Source: an uncultured Planctomycetaceae bacterium (GTDB lineage Bacteria; Planctomycetota; Planctomycetia; Planctomycetales; Planctomycetaceae). From it: DNA of 64,000 nucleotides. Positions 60,988 through 64,000 of the stretch are shown one piece after another; position 1 is the stretch's first letter, and each line of letters opens with the position of its first letter. Made by a program: the position numbers and the translations under genes. The stretch covers positions 1 to 64,000 of the forward strand of contig CAWFGE010000016.1 of NCBI GenBank assembly GCA_963815195.1, given 5' to 3'. The notes beneath the pieces were generated by a model. The model had not been told where the DNA came from. It did not search any database and worked only from the letters and a program-made list of their open reading frames with translations.

Positions 60988-61051
60988 GCCGGCAAGCCGG
61001 CGGCTTGGGCTAATTTGAAAACACACCTCCAAATCTTGAAGGATCTTCCCC

Positions 61052-62431
61052 ATGCAATTCACCCGACGCGATGTGCTCAAGGCGACCTCTTGCGGTTTTG
61101 GCTATCTCGCATTTGCGGGGCTCGCGGCAGAGGCGGCTTCCAAGTCGGCCGATTACAAAAACCCGCTCTCACCCAAGGAACCGCACTTCCCGCCCAAGGC
61201 GAAACGGGTGATCTTCCTCTGCATGCGGGGCGGCCCTTCACACGTCGATACCTTCGACTACAAGCCGGCCCTCAAGGAATACGAAGGCAAATCGCCGGGC
61301 GATGTCGAGGGACTCAACAACCAAAAGGGCCGCAAACTCATGCCTTCGCCGTTCGAGTTTTCACGGCACGGGGACAGCGGGCTTTATATTTCCGAACTCT
61401 ATCCGCACCTCGCCAAGCACGCGGACGAGCTCTGCGTGATCAACGGGGCCCACACCGATCTGCCCAACCACCCGCAGGCGTTGGTGCAGCTTCACACGGG
61501 GAATTTTCAGTTTGTGCGGCCGTCCATGGGAGCCTGGGTGCTTTATGGGTTGGGAACCGAGAACCAGAACCTGCCCGGCTTTATCACCATCAAGCCGCCG
61601 TCCCGTTTGGGCGGGGCCCAGAACTACGGCAGCTCGTTCCTTCCCGCCGTTTATCAGGGCACGAAGATCGACAACGTCCGCGCCGAAGAAGCCATCGGCA
61701 ACATCAAAAACCCCCACTTCGAAGGGTCGCTTCAGCGGAAGCAGCTGGATCTGCTCCAGTCCTTGAACCGGGGCCTCGCCGACCAGTACGCCGCCAACAG
61801 CCAGTTGGAAGGCGTGATCGAATCTTACGAACTCGCGTTCCGCATGCAGTCGGCCGTTCCCGAACTCATGGACCTCTCCAGCGAATCGGAAGAGACGATG
61901 AAGCTCTACGGCATCGGCGAGAAACAGACCGACGAGTTCGGCCGGATGTGCCTGATGGCCCGCCGATTTGCCGAAGCCGGCGTGCGGTTTATCGAACTCA
62001 CCCACGAAGGCTGGGACCAGCACCGCAGCCTCCAGGCCCGCCTGACCGCGAACACCACGGCCACCGACCAGCCGATCGCGGCCCTGATCACCGAACTCAA
62101 AAAGCTGGGCATGCTCAAGGACACGCTGATCGTGTGGGGCGGCGAGTTCGGCCGCACCCCCGCCGTCAAGAACGACGACGGCCGCGACCACAACTCCACC
62201 GGCTTTAGCATGTGGATGGCCGGCGGCGGCGTCAAAGGCGGCCTGCGTTACGGGGCCACCGACGACTTCGGCATCGCCGCCCAGGTCGACAAGTTCCACA
62301 CCCACGACTTCCACGCCACGGCGCTGCACCTCTTGGGCCTCGACCACACCAAACTCACCTACCGCTACGCCGGCCGCGACTTCCGCCTGACCGACGTCTT
62401 CGGCCGCGTCGCCGAAGGCCTGATGGCATAA
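61052..62431 (+). CDS. DUF1501 family protein (Tat signal)
   Basis: TRRDVLK, AKRVIFLCMRGGPSHVDTFDYKP, RPSMGAW, WGGEFGRTP, GRDHN, RLTDV. Confidence 0.95.
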   Translation: MQFTRRDVLKATSCGFGYLAFAGLAAEAASKSADYKNPLSPKEPHFPPKAKRVIFLCMRGGPSHVDTFDYKPALKEYEGKSPGDVEGLNNQKGRKLMPSPFEFSRHGDSGLYISELYPHLAKHADELCVINGAHTDLPNHPQALVQLHTGNFQFVRPSMGAWVLYGLGTENQNLPGFITIKPPSRLGGAQNYGSSFLPAVYQGTKIDNVRAEEAIGNIKNPHFEGSLQRKQLDLLQSLNRGLADQYAANSQLEGVIESYELAFRMQSAVPELMDLSSESEETMKLYGIGEKQTDEFGRMCLMARRFAEAGVRFIELTHEGWDQHRSLQARLTANTTATDQPIAALITELKKLGMLKDTLIVWGGEFGRTPAVKNDDGRDHNSTGFSMWMAGGGVKGGLRYGATDDFGIAAQVDKFHTHDFHATALHLLGLDHTKLTYRYAGRDFRLTDVFGRVAEGLMA

Positions 62432-62529
62432 ATCAAGTTCAAATGCTGGAACGAAAAAGGCGCCAAACGATAACTTGGTGCCTTTTTCTATTGAAATGCA
62501 GCAATCGGTATCATTCGGGAGATTCGGGC

Positions 62530-63513
62530 ATGGGCAACACCGCGGCAGGGCAAATTCAAACGTTGCAAGGGATGGCGGCTTTTTGTGTGGGTGTCTCGCT
62601 CGCGATTGCCGGGCCGGGTGTTGGTTTCGGCGGGGAGAATCTGAAGGAGGGCGCGGCGGAGCCGATGGTTGTTGACATTTGGCCGGGGAAGGCCGCGGAC
62701 GATGATGCCGCCACGATCGGGCCGGAACATTTTCGCGATTTGATCGTCAACGGGAAGCCACACCAGGTCGCGGGCCGGCCGACGAAATGGTTGACCAACG
62801 TCACGAAGCCGACGCTGACCATCTATCCGCCACTTGCGGAGAAGAACACGGGAACCGCGATGCTGATCTGCCCGGGCGGCGGCTACCACAACCTCGGCTG
62901 GGATGTGGAAGGCGTGGAAATCGCCCGGTGGCTGAATACTCTCGGCGTGACGGGAATCATCCTCAAGTACCGCTGCCCCCGCCGGCCCGGCGATGCCAAA
63001 GGCGTGCCGCCGAAGGGGCCGCTCAAAGATGCCCAGCGGGCGGTCAGTCTGGTCCGCAGCCGGGCCAAGGACTGGAACATCGATCCGCATCGCATTGGGA
63101 TGATCGGTTTCTCGGCCGGCGGCCACCTCGTGGGCGCGACGGCGACGAACTTCGAGAAGCGGACCTACGATCCCATCGATAGGGTGGACGAAGTCAGTTG
63201 CCGGCCGGATTTCGGCATCCCGGTTTATTCCGGATATTTCAAAGTCGATGGAGGTCTGTCGCCGACTGTCCGCACGCCGAAGAACACGCCGCCGCTATTG
63301 TTCATCCATGCCTCGGACGATCCGATCAGCGATGCCGAACACAGCGTGACGATGTACCTGGCCCTCAAGCGGGCGGGCATCCACAGCGATCTGCGGGTTT
63401 ACTCCTCGGGAGGCCACGGCTTCGGAGTCCGCCCCACCAAAGCCGCCTGCTCAGCCTGGACCGCGAGCTGCACCACTTGGCTGCAGAATAAAGGCTTTCT
63501 CAATCGACAATGA
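62530..63513 (+). CDS. Alpha/beta hydrolase (acetyl esterase/xylanase-like)
   Basis: CPGGGY, GFSAGGH, RPDF, GGHGFG. Confidence 0.9.
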   Translation: MGNTAAGQIQTLQGMAAFCVGVSLAIAGPGVGFGGENLKEGAAEPMVVDIWPGKAADDDAATIGPEHFRDLIVNGKPHQVAGRPTKWLTNVTKPTLTIYPPLAEKNTGTAMLICPGGGYHNLGWDVEGVEIARWLNTLGVTGIILKYRCPRRPGDAKGVPPKGPLKDAQRAVSLVRSRAKDWNIDPHRIGMIGFSAGGHLVGATATNFEKRTYDPIDRVDEVSCRPDFGIPVYSGYFKVDGGLSPTVRTPKNTPPLLFIHASDDPISDAEHSVTMYLALKRAGIHSDLRVYSSGGHGFGVRPTKAACSAWTASCTTWLQNKGFLNRQ

Positions 63514-63672
63514 CGCAAAACCGTAGGGGCCGCTGTGCGGATCGGTCCATTGGCGATCTGTTAAAAACAGTTATTCAATTCATTACAATAAAGATGTGCC
63601 GACGGTCGGTCGCTCTCGCGCTGGCTCAACGGGAAGTGGTCTGAGAAAATCATGCATTGTAGGAACCAAAGA

Positions 63673-64000
63673 ATGACAAAACGAAATCGACTTGAATTGA
63701 CCTTCGGCGCCGCGGTGATGCTGCTGCTCACGATGCCGGCCATGGCTGCCGACCCACTGCCCGATCCCGACGGCAAGTCGGCGGACACGAGCAAGCCCGT
63801 GCAGGTTTACATTTTGCTCGGACAGTCCAACATGCTGGGCTTCGGCAAGATCGGTCCGGCGGACAAGCCGGGAACGTTGGAGCACGCCGTGAAGGAGAAT
63901 GGAAAATACCCTTACCTTGTCGATGACGTCGGCAATTGGACCGTTCGCAACGATGTCCGCAACGTGCGCATCATGGGGAGCGGCACAGGCGGCACGCGCG
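63673..64000 (+). CDS. Sialate O-acetylesterase (SGNH/SASA) family protein, partial
   Basis: Signal peptide, then PVQVYILLGQSNM (GQSN motif); runs off the window end. Confidence 0.8.
   Translation, partial: MTKRNRLELTFGAAVMLLLTMPAMAADPLPDPDGKSADTSKPVQVYILLGQSNMLGFGKIGPADKPGTLEHAVKENGKYPYLVDDVGNWTVRNDVRNVRIMGSGTGGTR

Overview
A 64-kb GC-rich chromosomal segment, most likely from a Planctomycetota (Planctomycetaceae-like) bacterium, based on the DUF1559, DUF1501 and PSCyt/PSD1 cytochrome proteins and a PPC-domain protein. The backbone is housekeeping and lineage-typical genes: purD, metX-metW, fetAB-like ABC pair, surE, rph, map, LpxL-like acyltransferase, TIGR00300 family, SDRs, TPR proteins and an MMPL transporter. 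At least nine otherwise normal genes are split by 1-2 nt indels, mostly in homopolymer or dinucleotide runs, which suggests uncorrected long-read errors. There are three accessory zones. (1) About 2.96-4.6 kb: a dead parDE toxin-antitoxin remnant and a GIY-YIG nuclease with a possible PUA/EVE-like reader domain. (2) About 6.2-10.7 kb: an atypical tRNA-Pro followed by a decayed island holding an LRR pseudogene, a Mu-gpT-like capsid fragment, a recombinase fragment and a Zn-ribbon pseudogene. (3) About 41.85-42.75 kb: an SMI1/KNR4 immunity gene with integron gene-cassette hallmarks but no integrase in the window. The best candidate for an undescribed system is a three-gene MotA/TolQ/ExbB + coiled-coil ExbD-like + second ExbD-like membrane module (16.3-18.3 kb) with no TonB, receptor or flagellar genes nearby. 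Intergenic regions hold many palindromic REP-like repeat families, including a 4 x 37-bp tandem array that is not a CRISPR. All family assignments come from motif recognition by eye; no database searches were run.
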